64,000 nucleotides of DNA from an uncultured virus (IMG/VR IMGVR_UViG_3300022924_000206) (taxonomy: Duplodnaviria > Heunggongvirae > Uroviricota > Caudoviricetes): the IMG/VR virus record IMGVR_UViG_3300022924_000206. One strand, 5' to 3'. Positions 17,731-27,180 of the stretch are shown here, in pieces (the stretch's first letter is position 1; every line of letters begins with the position of its first letter). Made by a program: the position numbers and the translations under genes. The notes under the pieces are model-generated. The model did not search any database and was not told the origin of the DNA. It saw only the letters and a list, made by a program, of their open reading frames with translations.

Positions 17731-19812
17731 CTAGATGGTCCACAAATCCCGGCCTTTGAACACACCATCGTTGGTCCAAATCGGCACAATCTTCAGCTTA
17801 CCACTCTGGTAAATACCAAGCTCCTTAGCCACTTTCTCAAGCTTCTTAGCCGGACCAATGGTCTTACACACCCAGATAACCTTTTCAAAGATTCGTTTAT
17901 CCGCCGCATAAGCCGCCAATGTCTTCTGGTATGAACTAATGGGCTTATTGTTGATCTCGATCTCCACAGCGATGGACCGCGGCGCACCATCGGTACCACG
18001 TGGACGCTTCACAACCAGGTCCGGTACGTGGTACGCGATACCAACGGACAACGGTGGGAACAACGTGAACATCCACTCGTTACCATAGATCAATTCCGGT
18101 GATGGCACCGCGTTGCGGTCCGCATCCGCCCACTGCTTGAACTGCACATCCATAATATTCATGAGCTTCGGACGGAACGATGCCGCATCCTCAAACAACT
18201 TCATCTTAGCGAAGCTTGAAAGAATCTCCAACTCGGAGGTCAACTGCTCTCCCTGGATAGGAACACCTTTCATATTCACTCGGTTCTTCTCAGGGAAGTC
18301 CGGAAGGTTCAACACATTGAGCTTACCACCCCAGAGATTAGCTGCCACGTGGTTCACCGTGAACTGGTGAGGGAACATGGAATAGGTCAACCGTGAGTCC
18401 GTCACCTTACGCACATCGTAACCGGACACAATCAACCCGGGCTCAGTCAAGAACCAGATAGCATGCTGAGCATAGATCTTCCGTGAGTCCACCAGCCCGT
18501 TAGCTTGCATCCGGTGGAGGCGGTCCAAAGTGGTCCGCGGAGACTCACCGAACAACCGCGCCATGTGGGAATGGGTACCATAGCGGAACAGTGCCAGGAA
18601 GGAGAGCATCTCAGTCATCTTCTCATTCAAAATGAAATTGGCACCGGAACGGTAGGCCACTCGAGAATCGAACACTCGTTCCAAACGGTCCAAACGCTCC
18701 TTCTTCTCAGCCGGTGTGGCAAACTGATTCATGGGCCCACCGAGAAGATCAGTGGTCCTCAACCCCTCACTATAGGCAGCTTTACGACTCCCCATGTTCT
18801 TGAAGAACTCAACTTCCTTACCAGCAAGTTTACCGGAGGGACCAGCCTTAGTAAGACGCTTACGATCCTTTCCCTGCTCAGTCCGAGTTTCCCCGAGCTC
18901 ATTGACATTCACCGTTTCAATCGGCTTCTTAACAAACTCGGACTTGAACTCCTTAGCATCCGATTTAGCGGCCTCCCGCACACGGATCTGGCCCTCACGC
19001 TCAGCCGCCACAACCTCTTTTGTAGAGGGGGCATAGACCACTCTCTTGTCGAACTCCGGATCCAACCCCTCCGGAAAGAACCTACGAGGCTCAGCATTAG
19101 CCGCTATCTTATCCTGTAACTCCGAAAGAGAAGGCTTATCAGCAGGAGCTGGAACCGCCGTATAATCCTCTTCATCATCCTCAAGTAGTGGATTAACTAC
19201 AGAGGCTGGATACTCATCATCGTCATCCAGCAGTGGATTAGCCGCCCCTGAACCATCGAAACCCTCGAACGGAGCGAAGTCGCTCTCATCTAAATCATCC
19301 CGATCCATGATCTCCCCGGTGACTCCGCGAATCAATTCCGTCTTCGAAATCTCCTCAGAGGCACCCTCCCACACCTCTTCATCATCCTCAAGCAGTGGAT
19401 TAACTACCTCGTCCAACCCCAACTCGTCATCCGGGAATAGGTCACCCAATTCAGATTCCGTGTCAACTTCTGTTGATACGACCTCCGCCGACGAGGGTTT
19501 GCTCACAGGTTCAGGAACATTTTGCACAGTACCCGCTTGCGTTTCCTCCTTTTCCTCGGAGGTCCCCTCCCCCTCCGCCGCGGGAGAGGGCGCGGCGTTC
19601 TCATCACTCGGTGATTCCAAAGAGGGCTTACGCAGGACGAACGGAGTGCGGATCAACCCGGGACCCGAGGACTCTGACTCCTCGGACTCTTCTAAAATCA
19701 ACTCATTTTCAAAATCATCCACCGAATCGAACTCATCAAAATCATCGCCCGCGGGGGCCTCAGATTCTGAATTGACTGGTTTTCTGAAATTGAGATTACT
19801 AAAATCGGCCAT
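17731..19812 (-). CDS. Replication-relaxation (Replic_Relax-like) protein: acidic N-terminus, wHTH and PD-(D/E)xK-like domain; candidate initiator
   Basis: wHTH LFRYGTHSHMARLF...LHRMQANGLV...WFLTEPG, PHQFTVNHV, VPDLVV...AVEIEINNK; adjacent to the repeat array; start uncertain (19812 or 19905). Confidence 0.65.
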   Translation of the reverse strand: MADFSNLNFRKPVNSESEAPAGDDFDEFDSVDDFENELILEESEESESSGPGLIRTPFVLRKPSLESPSDENAAPSPAAEGEGTSEEKEETQAGTVQNVPEPVSKPSSAEVVSTEVDTESELGDLFPDDELGLDEVVNPLLEDDEEVWEGASEEISKTELIRGVTGEIMDRDDLDESDFAPFEGFDGSGAANPLLDDDDEYPASVVNPLLEDDEEDYTAVPAPADKPSLSELQDKIAANAEPRRFFPEGLDPEFDKRVVYAPSTKEVVAAEREGQIRVREAAKSDAKEFKSEFVKKPIETVNVNELGETRTEQGKDRKRLTKAGPSGKLAGKEVEFFKNMGSRKAAYSEGLRTTDLLGGPMNQFATPAEKKERLDRLERVFDSRVAYRSGANFILNEKMTEMLSFLALFRYGTHSHMARLFGESPRTTLDRLHRMQANGLVDSRKIYAQHAIWFLTEPGLIVSGYDVRKVTDSRLTYSMFPHQFTVNHVAANLWGGKLNVLNLPDFPEKNRVNMKGVPIQGEQLTSELEILSSFAKMKLFEDAASFRPKLMNIMDVQFKQWADADRNAVPSPELIYGNEWMFTLFPPLSVGIAYHVPDLVVKRPRGTDGAPRSIAVEIEINNKPISSYQKTLAAYAADKRIFEKVIWVCKTIGPAKKLEKVAKELGIYQSGKLKIVPIWTNDGVFKGRDLWTI

Positions 19813-19905
19813 GGGAGCCACCACCAAACTGTCCGAAGTTGTAGAAGGATGGATGAAACCGGGTGGGTCTTCGGAACAAATCGGTGTCCATACCCCTTTA
19901 AACAC

Positions 19906-21480
19906 CTGAGAACTATATCGGATCTACACCATAGAAAACGCTGCGCGTAACTTTCTACGTGGTTCTAAAGCATAGAAAGGGCGTTCCTAATGCAGAACCA
20001 GCTTGTTTCGACCTATACCTATATATACTGAAAGCGCGCGTATGCGAACAACTAAAGAACCAAAAGAACCTCCAGTATGTTCCAACTGGACTCTCGCTAA
20101 CGCTCGAGTCCCCTCCTCGCTAACGCTCGTCGGTAGTAGTGGGAGCTAGCGCTCCCAAGTCTGTGGTAACGTTCTCAAAGTTAGGGAAACCACTACCGTG
20201 GTGCAGGACCCCGCAGCGCCGCTGCGGCCCTCGCTGGCGCTCGGGGCTCGAGCCGGTGCTCAAGGGTCGCTGGACGCTCCCCTCGAGACTCCGCCTCATC
20301 GCTCTCGCAGCGTAGCTGCGACCGACTCCGTCGGAGGCCAGAGACCCCAGTGCGACACGCACTTAAGGAAACCTCTGGAAGCTGCTGGAAGTTAACTGTG
20401 TGACGCACGTAGTGCTCCTCGGCGAAGCCGACTCACCGACGCGGACCACCCGCGACAAGGGAAGTGACACACGTAGGCTGAGAGTGAACATGAACAGTGT
20501 GTGACACGGGAGCGTAACGCGACGGGAATCCTAGCGTGGAGTGAGTGCGACACACACTCGAATAAAGCGAGCAGGTGGAGTGTGACACGTAGCTGAAAGC
20601 GGAGTGGCAAGGAGTGTGACACTCGGATACCGAAAGGAGTAGAGAGTGTGTGACACGTAGAATCCAATCGAGCATCAGAGAAGTGTGACACGTAGAGTAG
20701 CGGGAGCACGAGGTGCGACACGTACAGCTGTGAGAGGCTGCCCGAAGTGAGAGAAGCAGAGTGTGACACGAGAGGTCCAATACCAGGGGCGAAGCCCCTC
20801 CAACCCCCGGCGGAGCCGCCACGGCGAAGCCGTCCAAGGAGAGAGGCAGTGAAGAGGAGAGCAGGTCTACTACCGAGAGACGGTACCACGAAAAACTGTC
20901 AACATGTGTATACGGGAGAGTCAGAGGCTGTGGTGCGGTTCAGGTGACAGGCGTGAGGAAGAGATTGGGTCAGGGCGGAGCCCTCCGAGGTTAAGGTGAG
21001 TAGGGAGAGGAGAAAAAAGGGTGAGTGAGTGGAAGGGAGGTGGAGGCTGGTGGCGGGTTGGAAAAGTTGGGGAGGCCCGGGCGGTGGCTCTTTCTTTTTT
21101 CGAGGCGGAGGATGAGTCTCCACAGTGATGGAGAGACGCTGAGCGCGAGCGATGAGTCCTGGTGACCTCAATTTTAGGAAGCTTTCAGCGGTGGGTGGGG
21201 TGGTTTCATAGCGGAGCTATCCAGGGGTCCAGGAGTCGCTTGGTGGGTGACGGGGAATCCGTCTGGGAGGAGACCGTGCCCCAGTGCACGGCCGGTCCGC
21301 GGGGGACGCGAGAAGGTTCTCTCAGCTGCTTGCAGTCTGAGACCTCTTCGAGCTAACGTAGTATATTTGGTTGGGTGACTGTTCATCGGTAGATGGATAG
21401 TTGCCTAGTGTTTAGGGGATTATCCTCTACTGTGAAGTGGTGCTAGGAGAAGTGCTAGTGGTTTTCTGTAGGGAGGTTTT
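19906..21480. other. Putative replication origin region
   Basis: ~1.5 kb without credible ORFs; iteron-like array, GC-rich hairpins and a strand composition switch. Confidence 0.65.
20350..20769 (+). repeat. Array of ~11 GTG(T/C)GACAC iteron-like repeats
   Basis: Copies at ~20350, 20398 (variant), 20462 (variant), 20499, 20545, 20580, 20614, 20648, 20683, 20713, 20761; often extended to AGTGTGACACGTAG. Confidence 0.85.
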
Positions 21481-21505
21481 TCGGATTATTCTGCTACTGG
21501 GAGGA

Positions 21506-21620
21506 GCGCATTCATCGGCACGGTGAGTTGGTTTGGCGAGGAAGGCCAGGGAGGTAGTTCTTTTTCTTTTTGGTTTGGTTCTTGGGGGCGCTGTTTCTTA
21601 TCATGGGTTGGCAAGTCCCC
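21506..21620 (+). repeat. ~115-bp imperfect direct repeat, copy 1
   Basis: GCGCATTCATCGGCACGGTGAGTT...TATCATGGGTTGGCAAGTCCC, matching 22316-22430. Confidence 0.85.
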
Positions 21621-21780
21621 ATCTAAAAGGATTATGGTCTTCCTTTTACGGGTTGTGGTTGAGGAAGAAATTATTGAATAATGTTTGACTAGTACAGTAC
21701 TTCCATGTATAGTTGGTTGTGCGAATGATTCGCAAGTGGCCTTATCCGTTTTGAAAGGTAGTATTGTGGTTATCCCTATT

Positions 21781-22251
21781 ATGGTTCCGATGCCGACGAG
21801 TGGCTTTGATGGGCCGTTGCCGGACCGTCCGAGTCGTGGGTTGACCGTGGCGGGGGTGGTGGCCATGGGCCTCTATGGAGCGGCGCCGTGGACCGGTGGA
21901 TTCTTCGCGGTGACTGTGCCTGGGCTGTTGGGGTTGACTCTCGATGGTTGGGAGGTTGGACTGGTTGTTTCGAGTTTTGCTTTTCTTTTTGGGCTCGTCG
22001 CTGTTGCGAGTTTGGTCACTGCTCACATTGCTGGTGGGGTTGCTTGGTGGCGCTGGGTGCTAGTGGCCCTCGCGGTGGTGCTCATGGTGTTCTGGGCTCC
22101 GACGGTGATGGCGGCCTCGAGTCAGCTTTCCGGTTGCGTGGATCAGTTGAGTAGTTCATCCTACGAGAACTATTTGCCCGCGTTCAACGAGACCATCGTT
22201 GCGGCGGATGCTCGGGAGAGCTTCGTGTGTGCTGCTGTCCGCGGTGAGTAG
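21781..22251 (+). CDS. Membrane protein
   Basis: Three to four hydrophobic segments; start codon uncertain. Confidence 0.6.
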   Translation: MVPMPTSGFDGPLPDRPSRGLTVAGVVAMGLYGAAPWTGGFFAVTVPGLLGLTLDGWEVGLVVSSFAFLFGLVAVASLVTAHIAGGVAWWRWVLVALAVVLMVFWAPTVMAASSQLSGCVDQLSSSSYENYLPAFNETIVAADARESFVCAAVRGE

Positions 22252-22279
22252 GTAGTTTCCGTTTCCTAACCCTGTAAGT

Positions 22280-22315
22280 GAAGCCCGGTCCCGATTGTTT
22301 TTGGGACCGGGCTTC
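22280..22315. terminator. Hairpin terminator
   Basis: GAAGCCCGGTCCC...GGGACCGGGCTTC. Confidence 0.7.
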
Positions 22316-22430
22316 GCGCATTCATCGGCACGGTGAGTTTGGTGCGGCGAGTGAGGCCGTGGTGAGGTTCTTTCTTTTTCTTTTGGCTTGGCTCTTGGGG
22401 ACGTATTCCTATCATGCGTTGGCGAGTCCC
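22316..22430 (+). repeat. ~115-bp imperfect direct repeat, copy 2
   Basis: Matches 21506-21620. Confidence 0.85.
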
Positions 22431-22589
22431 TCCCCCGTGTAGTTGTTTGCGTTGCTTAGGTTTGCCCCTGGCTACAAGTGGTTCTAGCTCTATTGGATAT
22501 TTGTATTATATAGTGTACGCTTTCATGGGAATGTGTGTTAGGGTTTCTCCAGCGGTTGCCACGGGGGCGACCCAGGAGGAGGTATTGCT

Positions 22590-22799
22590 ATGAGTGTGGA
22601 TGAGCTGTTGGAGTTGCCGGTGGGCTCTCTCGTGCGCTGTGAGTTTGTTGAGGAGTCCGGCTCCGTGCTGGTGGAGCATTTCATGCGGAGTGGGGATTTG
22701 TATTTCCACGATTTCGTGGGGAGTGTGAGTCCCGGTGAAGCGGATGCTCATCAGTTGCGCGGGGAGATTACTCTTGTTCATCGTGCTGTAAGTGCCTGA
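22590..22799 (+). CDS. Hypothetical protein
   Basis: AGGAGG RBS; 69 aa. Confidence 0.6.
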   Translation: MSVDELLELPVGSLVRCEFVEESGSVLVEHFMRSGDLYFHDFVGSVSPGEADAHQLRGEITLVHRAVSA

Positions 22800-22875
22800 G
22801 CTAAATTTCCGGGCGGCGGCCGGTTATTGTGCGGATTTTATTGACTCCGAGGTGGTTATGGTGTAGAGTGGTCCT

Positions 22876-23283
22876 ATGACTATTCGTGTGCCTTTGACTG
22901 TTGAGCAGCTTGAGTTGCTCCCGGTGTATTCTCAGCTCCATGAGTCCCTGGTGGACATTTTGACGGAGCATGGGAGTGCCATGGAGGCTTCGGCTGTGTT
23001 TGCTTTGGAGGATGCTCTCCTGGCGGCGTTGAAGCCGAGTGAGTCTCGAAGTGATTTCGTGGAGTTGTCCATGCTTTCCTCTGGCGTGCCTCATTTGATT
23101 CGGGCGGTGGAGCGCACTTGGGCTAATTCTCGAGTGTTCGTGGATCAGTTCCAGAATCCCGAGTCCCTCGGTGTGAGCCTCTCCATGGTTATCCATGAGG
23201 ATACTGCTACCTGGCCTTCCCTTGCGGATTCCGTGTTGGATTCCTCCGGAAAGATCGTTGACCCGCTGGTGGTGAAGGGGTAG
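22876..23283 (+). CDS. Hypothetical protein
   Basis: First gene of a tightly coupled + strand run. Confidence 0.6.
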   Translation: MTIRVPLTVEQLELLPVYSQLHESLVDILTEHGSAMEASAVFALEDALLAALKPSESRSDFVELSMLSSGVPHLIRAVERTWANSRVFVDQFQNPESLGVSLSMVIHEDTATWPSLADSVLDSSGKIVDPLVVKG

Positions 23284-23498
23284 TGGCTGGGCGTCATCGG
23301 GCTCCCACGGTGGGAGATGTGATTCGTTTCGGGGATCGGGTTCTCGTGCTGCAGAGCAACGGCGCCTCGGTGGCCGGGGTTTCGCCGCATGACTCCTGGC
23401 AACCTACTATTGTAATTGGTGATTTTTCGAAGTGCGAGGTCCTGGCGACTTCGCTGGATGCCTACCGTTTGATTGAAGGGGAGGACTCCCATGAGTGA
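23283..23498 (+). CDS. Hypothetical protein
   Basis: Stop/start overlap with the upstream gene. Confidence 0.55.
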   Translation: MAGRHRAPTVGDVIRFGDRVLVLQSNGASVAGVSPHDSWQPTIVIGDFSKCEVLATSLDAYRLIEGEDSHE

Positions 23499-23796
23499 AG
23501 TTTTTACCGTGGAGGCGGCCGCTGCCGTGGTGCGGAAGCCGGAGGTTTTCGAGAACGAGACCACCATCTTCTTTACTCACGAGGTTGATACGGCTTACGA
23601 GCCCATTGTGCTTGCCATGGCTCGGGCTATCTACCAGCACGATACGAACCGTGAGCATGAGTTCCCCACCGGGAACGTGGAGGTGGATGACCCTTATCTG
23701 TGTCGGGCTGACGATGCTCTTCGGGAGGCGATTCCTCTGTTCCGCGAGAAGATTGCGGGGGAGCTTCGTGAAGCGTTTCCCGGGGAGGCGAAGTAG
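23491..23796 (+). CDS. Hypothetical protein
   Basis: GGAGG RBS before ATG 23491. Confidence 0.6.
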   Translation: MSEVFTVEAAAAVVRKPEVFENETTIFFTHEVDTAYEPIVLAMARAIYQHDTNREHEFPTGNVEVDDPYLCRADDALREAIPLFREKIAGELREAFPGEAK

Positions 23797-23798
23797 CC

Positions 23799-24185
23799 AT
23801 GGGCAGGAAGAACACGCTGGCTGAGGCTCCCTATAAGGAGGTCATCACCTATGTGGATGAAGCTGGAAACCATGGGAATACTCCTCGGTATCTCCACCAT
23901 GAGCTGGTCTCCTATGTGAATCCCGGGTCCACGGTGGAGTGGCGCCCCAATGTGCCGTTCGTGGCTGAGCTGGAGCTGGTGCGCTCTGCTCGTGGGCGCA
24001 GTTCGGTGACTTTCATCTACAGGGATGTGGTGAGTGGTATCCACTATCCGCTGTTTGTTTCGGCGGTGGAGGATGTGCTTCGTAATTGTGCCATCGCTAA
24101 TGGACGGGTCACCGGCTCCTGGTGGGTTGTGAAGCGTGGGACTAACTACGGTCTCGAGCTCCAAGAAGCCGCGGTGAGTGGGTGA
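23799..24185 (+). CDS. Hypothetical phage-like protein
   Basis: Coupled ORF; C-terminal VKRGTNYGL. Confidence 0.6.
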   Translation: MGRKNTLAEAPYKEVITYVDEAGNHGNTPRYLHHELVSYVNPGSTVEWRPNVPFVAELELVRSARGRSSVTFIYRDVVSGIHYPLFVSAVEDVLRNCAIANGRVTGSWWVVKRGTNYGLELQEAAVSG

Positions 24186-24586
24186 CCATGGCGTTCCATG
24201 AGCAGATTGTTTCGAGTCGTGGGTTCGAGGTCGATGGCGGTTTGGCGCCGCTGTTGGAGGTGCTCTGGGCTCGCGGGTTCGAGACACTGTTCTCCTGCGA
24301 GGGGGCTACTCCCCACGCGAAGTTTGGTTACATTAGTTTTCAAGCCCCGGCTCTTCAGGAGTACCGAGCAGTTCGTGCTCTGTTTGCTCAGTTCGTGGAA
24401 GCCCAGGAGCTCGGTGTTATCAAGATGCGTAGGGCCTCGGCCGGTACCATCGAGGCCGCTGAGCATGTGGCCAAGCGCTGGCGCGTTCATATTGAGCTTT
24501 GGGATGAGCGGCCTGAAGTTGTGACTGTTCGGTTCCATCCAGATGTTTTAGCTAAACTGACGAAATGGGCTTCGGACTCCGTTTGA
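24182..24586 (+). CDS. Hypothetical protein (VD..LAPLLEVLWARGFETLFSCEG motif)
   Basis: GTGA overlap; motif reminiscent of TYW3-like phage/plasmid proteins. Confidence 0.55.
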   Translation: MTMAFHEQIVSSRGFEVDGGLAPLLEVLWARGFETLFSCEGATPHAKFGYISFQAPALQEYRAVRALFAQFVEAQELGVIKMRRASAGTIEAAEHVAKRWRVHIELWDERPEVVTVRFHPDVLAKLTKWASDSV

Positions 24587-24623
24587 AGTTATAGTGCTGT
24601 TGTGATTATTAGGAGGTTATGCC

Positions 24624-24761
24624 ATGCGTGGTTCTAATGTTGTGCTGGTGGGAGTCGCCGTGGTGGCGGCTGGGCTACTGGTTACCGGGTTCTTGAAGCG
24701 TGCTCTCATCTTCGAGGCGGCCGATGGTATCGGTGAGTTCTCTGAAGAAGATTTCGACTGA
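24624..24761 (+). CDS. Small single-pass membrane protein (45 aa, not in ORF track)
   Basis: AGGAGG RBS; MRGSNVVLVGVAVVAAGLLVTGFLKR... Confidence 0.55.
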   Translation: MRGSNVVLVGVAVVAAGLLVTGFLKRALIFEAADGIGEFSEEDFD

Positions 24762-24772
24762 GACTGAACCCC

Positions 24773-25327
24773 ATGGCCCCGTTTGCGATTGGCTGCATCC
24801 GCTTTGCATTGAGAAAGCCCTCCGAGGTTTCTCACGAGGTGGCGCTCTTCGTGAACGGTGGGGTTCGGGCTGAGCGGGTGCTCTATAAGTTTTTGAAGCG
24901 ACGTGCGGTTTCGGTGCTCAAGGAGGAGCAGGAGCCACGCCGGGTGGCTGAGCTTTTAGTGGCGGCGGCTGCGGAGCGTTATCCTAAGCTGGTCATGCCG
25001 CTTAGTGTTGATCCGGCTGGGGAGGCGGCCGTTCGTAAAACCTTCAGGAACGCTAAGCCGTTGGAGTTCCGCTACGGTGCTCCGGCTTTAGCTACCTCCT
25101 ATCATCGGGCTGCCGTGCGTAGTGTTCATCCGTGGGGTTTTCGTGTGCGCTTGGTGGAGGGTGTTCGCTCATTCTCCTGGGAGCGTCTGCACAGGGTGGA
25201 GGATCACCGTGGGCTGGGTCCTTTCGTGCGGGAGGGTTTTGTGAGTATTGGTTTTCCACGCGGTGAAAGTGTTTTGGAGCTGAAGCTCTATTCGATTGAG
25301 GGAATGCTCACTAAGGCTTGGGGTTGA
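24773..25327 (+). CDS. Divergent WYL-like domain protein
   Basis: PLEFRYG...YHRAAVRSV...GVRSFSWERL. Confidence 0.5.
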   Translation: MAPFAIGCIRFALRKPSEVSHEVALFVNGGVRAERVLYKFLKRRAVSVLKEEQEPRRVAELLVAAAAERYPKLVMPLSVDPAGEAAVRKTFRNAKPLEFRYGAPALATSYHRAAVRSVHPWGFRVRLVEGVRSFSWERLHRVEDHRGLGPFVREGFVSIGFPRGESVLELKLYSIEGMLTKAWG

Positions 25328-26202
25328 TTGTGGCTATTGCTAAAGATTTACGTTTGAAGCCGATCGTGGCTTTCGATGTGGATGGAGTCCTGCGAGTAGG
25401 TAAGATCCAGGGGTTCGCTCAGGATTTGATCTCATTCCCGGTCACCATGGATGAGCGTGAGTATCCAACCCTGTTCCACGGGAGTCCGAAGTGGGATGCG
25501 GAGGGGTTGAGCCCACGGGAGGAACATTTCTCTAGACCGGGGGTTGAGCTCCTGAGGAGTCTCGTTGATGATCCTTCCATGGAGCCGGTTTGGGCGACTA
25601 CCTGGCAGCGCTGGGCTAACTACTATTTTGCTAAGCCTTTGGGGATTCCTGAGCTTCCGGTGGCGGTTGAGTCGGAGGATGACGGTGCTTGGTATTCGAG
25701 TTCCCCGAGTTGGAAGGTTCAGCAGTTGGCTCGCAAATTTCCCGGGCGCCCGTTGCTCTGGCTGGATGACAATCTCCCGGACCGTGGGCCTTCCTTGGAG
25801 GCGCTGCGGCGGCCGAGTGATTATGCCATCACTTTGAGCTTCTCCGTGAATCCTTGGAATGGTTTGACCGAGGCCAATGTGGAGTTCATTCGTGAGTGGC
25901 TTGCCTTGGCTTCGAGTGAGGAGGGGCAGAAGGAGCTTCGTGCTCGCCGCTCCGAGGATTTGAAAGAGCAGCGAGCCTACCGTGCCACTAGGAAACGCCA
26001 GGATAAGCGCCGGCGCGAGGTCCTGGAAGCCACTAAGGGTGTGGTGGAGGAGCTATTCCCGGCTCACGAAGAGTTCGTGTGGGAGGTTGCTAACCTTGCC
26101 TCCCGCGGTGTCCTCGATGGTCGCACACTTGCGGCGGCTGCTCAGCGCGCTGAACTAACAGATGTGAGTGAACTCGCTAAACGGCTCCGTGTGAAGCTTT
26201 GA
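25318..26202 (+). CDS. HAD-family phosphatase (RNA-repair-type HAD) with coiled-coil tail
   Basis: AFDVDGVL, VWATTW, WK, LWLDD. Confidence 0.75.
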   Translation: MGLIVAIAKDLRLKPIVAFDVDGVLRVGKIQGFAQDLISFPVTMDEREYPTLFHGSPKWDAEGLSPREEHFSRPGVELLRSLVDDPSMEPVWATTWQRWANYYFAKPLGIPELPVAVESEDDGAWYSSSPSWKVQQLARKFPGRPLLWLDDNLPDRGPSLEALRRPSDYAITLSFSVNPWNGLTEANVEFIREWLALASSEEGQKELRARRSEDLKEQRAYRATRKRQDKRRREVLEATKGVVEELFPAHEEFVWEVANLASRGVLDGRTLAAAAQRAELTDVSELAKRLRVKL

Positions 26203-26280
26203 GCGCTATTGCGCGTCTCATGGTTTCATGTTAGGATTGGTTATGCTATAACAATATAGTCTTAACCTAAGGTTTTCATA

Positions 26281-27147
26281 ATGGTTGCCATCGACGCTAT
26301 GAATCAGCTCCTGGTTGTGAGCCCCTCTAGTCGCGCTTTGCAGAACTTCACTTCGGTGATCTCAAGCGGGGACCGTGAAGTGTGGTTCTCCTACGGTGAG
26401 TTTATCCCGGCCCTGGAGGATGGTTTTCTTTTTTGGGGCGCCGGTAAGTTTGCCTTGTCTTTGAAGCAGCTGTTTCCTGAGCGCAGCTTCAGCTCTCCGG
26501 GAGCGGAATGGTTGGGCCTGGTACCACCGGAGCTCTCGGGGCGTTCGGTGATTTGCGAATCGTTCCTGGATGCCGTGGCTCACGTGGATGAGCCGGTGTG
26601 GTTCAAGTTCGCTGAGCTGAAGCACGACGGTGTGAAGCCACGAAGTTATCGGCCCGAGGAGCTCCTGGCTCTTTTAGTGGCCATGCCTGAATTGGCCGAG
26701 GTGAAGAGTCAGTGGACTACAAGCCATCTACGTCTGAATTTCGAGCATCGTTTCTTCGTGGTTGAGGGGGAGGTCCTCACCGGGTCTCCTTATCATGTGG
26801 ACGCGGTTGTGGGTTTTGAACCCGGTGCCGCCTGGCGCATGTTCTCGGAGGCTGAAGAGTTTGCTCGGTTCGCGGCAAGGGAGCTCGTGGACCAGTCTCC
26901 ACGGGCCTACACTTTGGATGTGGCTTTGAATGAGGCCACCGGGAAGTGGTTCATCGTGGAGGCGAACCGGGCCTGGTCCTCTGGTCTGTATGGTTGTGAC
27001 CCGGGCCGGGCACTGGTCGCGGTCCAGGCGAGTTTGACGCCGGATGCGTGGTCCTGGTTACCGGACTCGGTTGTTGGTTCCTATGTGAGTCCACTCACGG
27101 TGGTCCAGGAACCGGAGTTTGTGCCGGGGATTTTGAGGGTCTCGTGA
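26281..27147 (+). CDS. ATP-grasp domain protein (R2K-like)
   Basis: WFKFAELK, EHRFFVVEGEVLTGSPY, YTLDVA, WFIVEANRAWSSGLY. Confidence 0.7.
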   Translation: MVAIDAMNQLLVVSPSSRALQNFTSVISSGDREVWFSYGEFIPALEDGFLFWGAGKFALSLKQLFPERSFSSPGAEWLGLVPPELSGRSVICESFLDAVAHVDEPVWFKFAELKHDGVKPRSYRPEELLALLVAMPELAEVKSQWTTSHLRLNFEHRFFVVEGEVLTGSPYHVDAVVGFEPGAAWRMFSEAEEFARFAARELVDQSPRAYTLDVALNEATGKWFIVEANRAWSSGLYGCDPGRALVAVQASLTPDAWSWLPDSVVGSYVSPLTVVQEPEFVPGILRVS

Positions 27148-27180
27148 GTCCGTTTATGAATGTTTTGAGAGGTTCTAACC

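Noticed and set aside
18113..19909. Long + strand ORFs opposite the Rep-like gene, and similar antisense ORFs elsewhere (e.g. 23694-24287, 59743-60141)
   Set aside because: Shadow frames of well-supported genes on the other strand, with no motifs
20350..20769. CRISPR array interpretation of the GTGTGACAC repeats
   Set aside because: The repeat is only 9-14 bp, spacing is irregular (30-64 bp) and no cas genes are present; iterons or parS fit better
20120..21386. ORF-track ORFs in the origin region (e.g. 20392-20889, 20433-20837)
   Set aside because: Their repetitive VSH/CHT content simply reflects the DNA repeats; no RBS or coding-like composition
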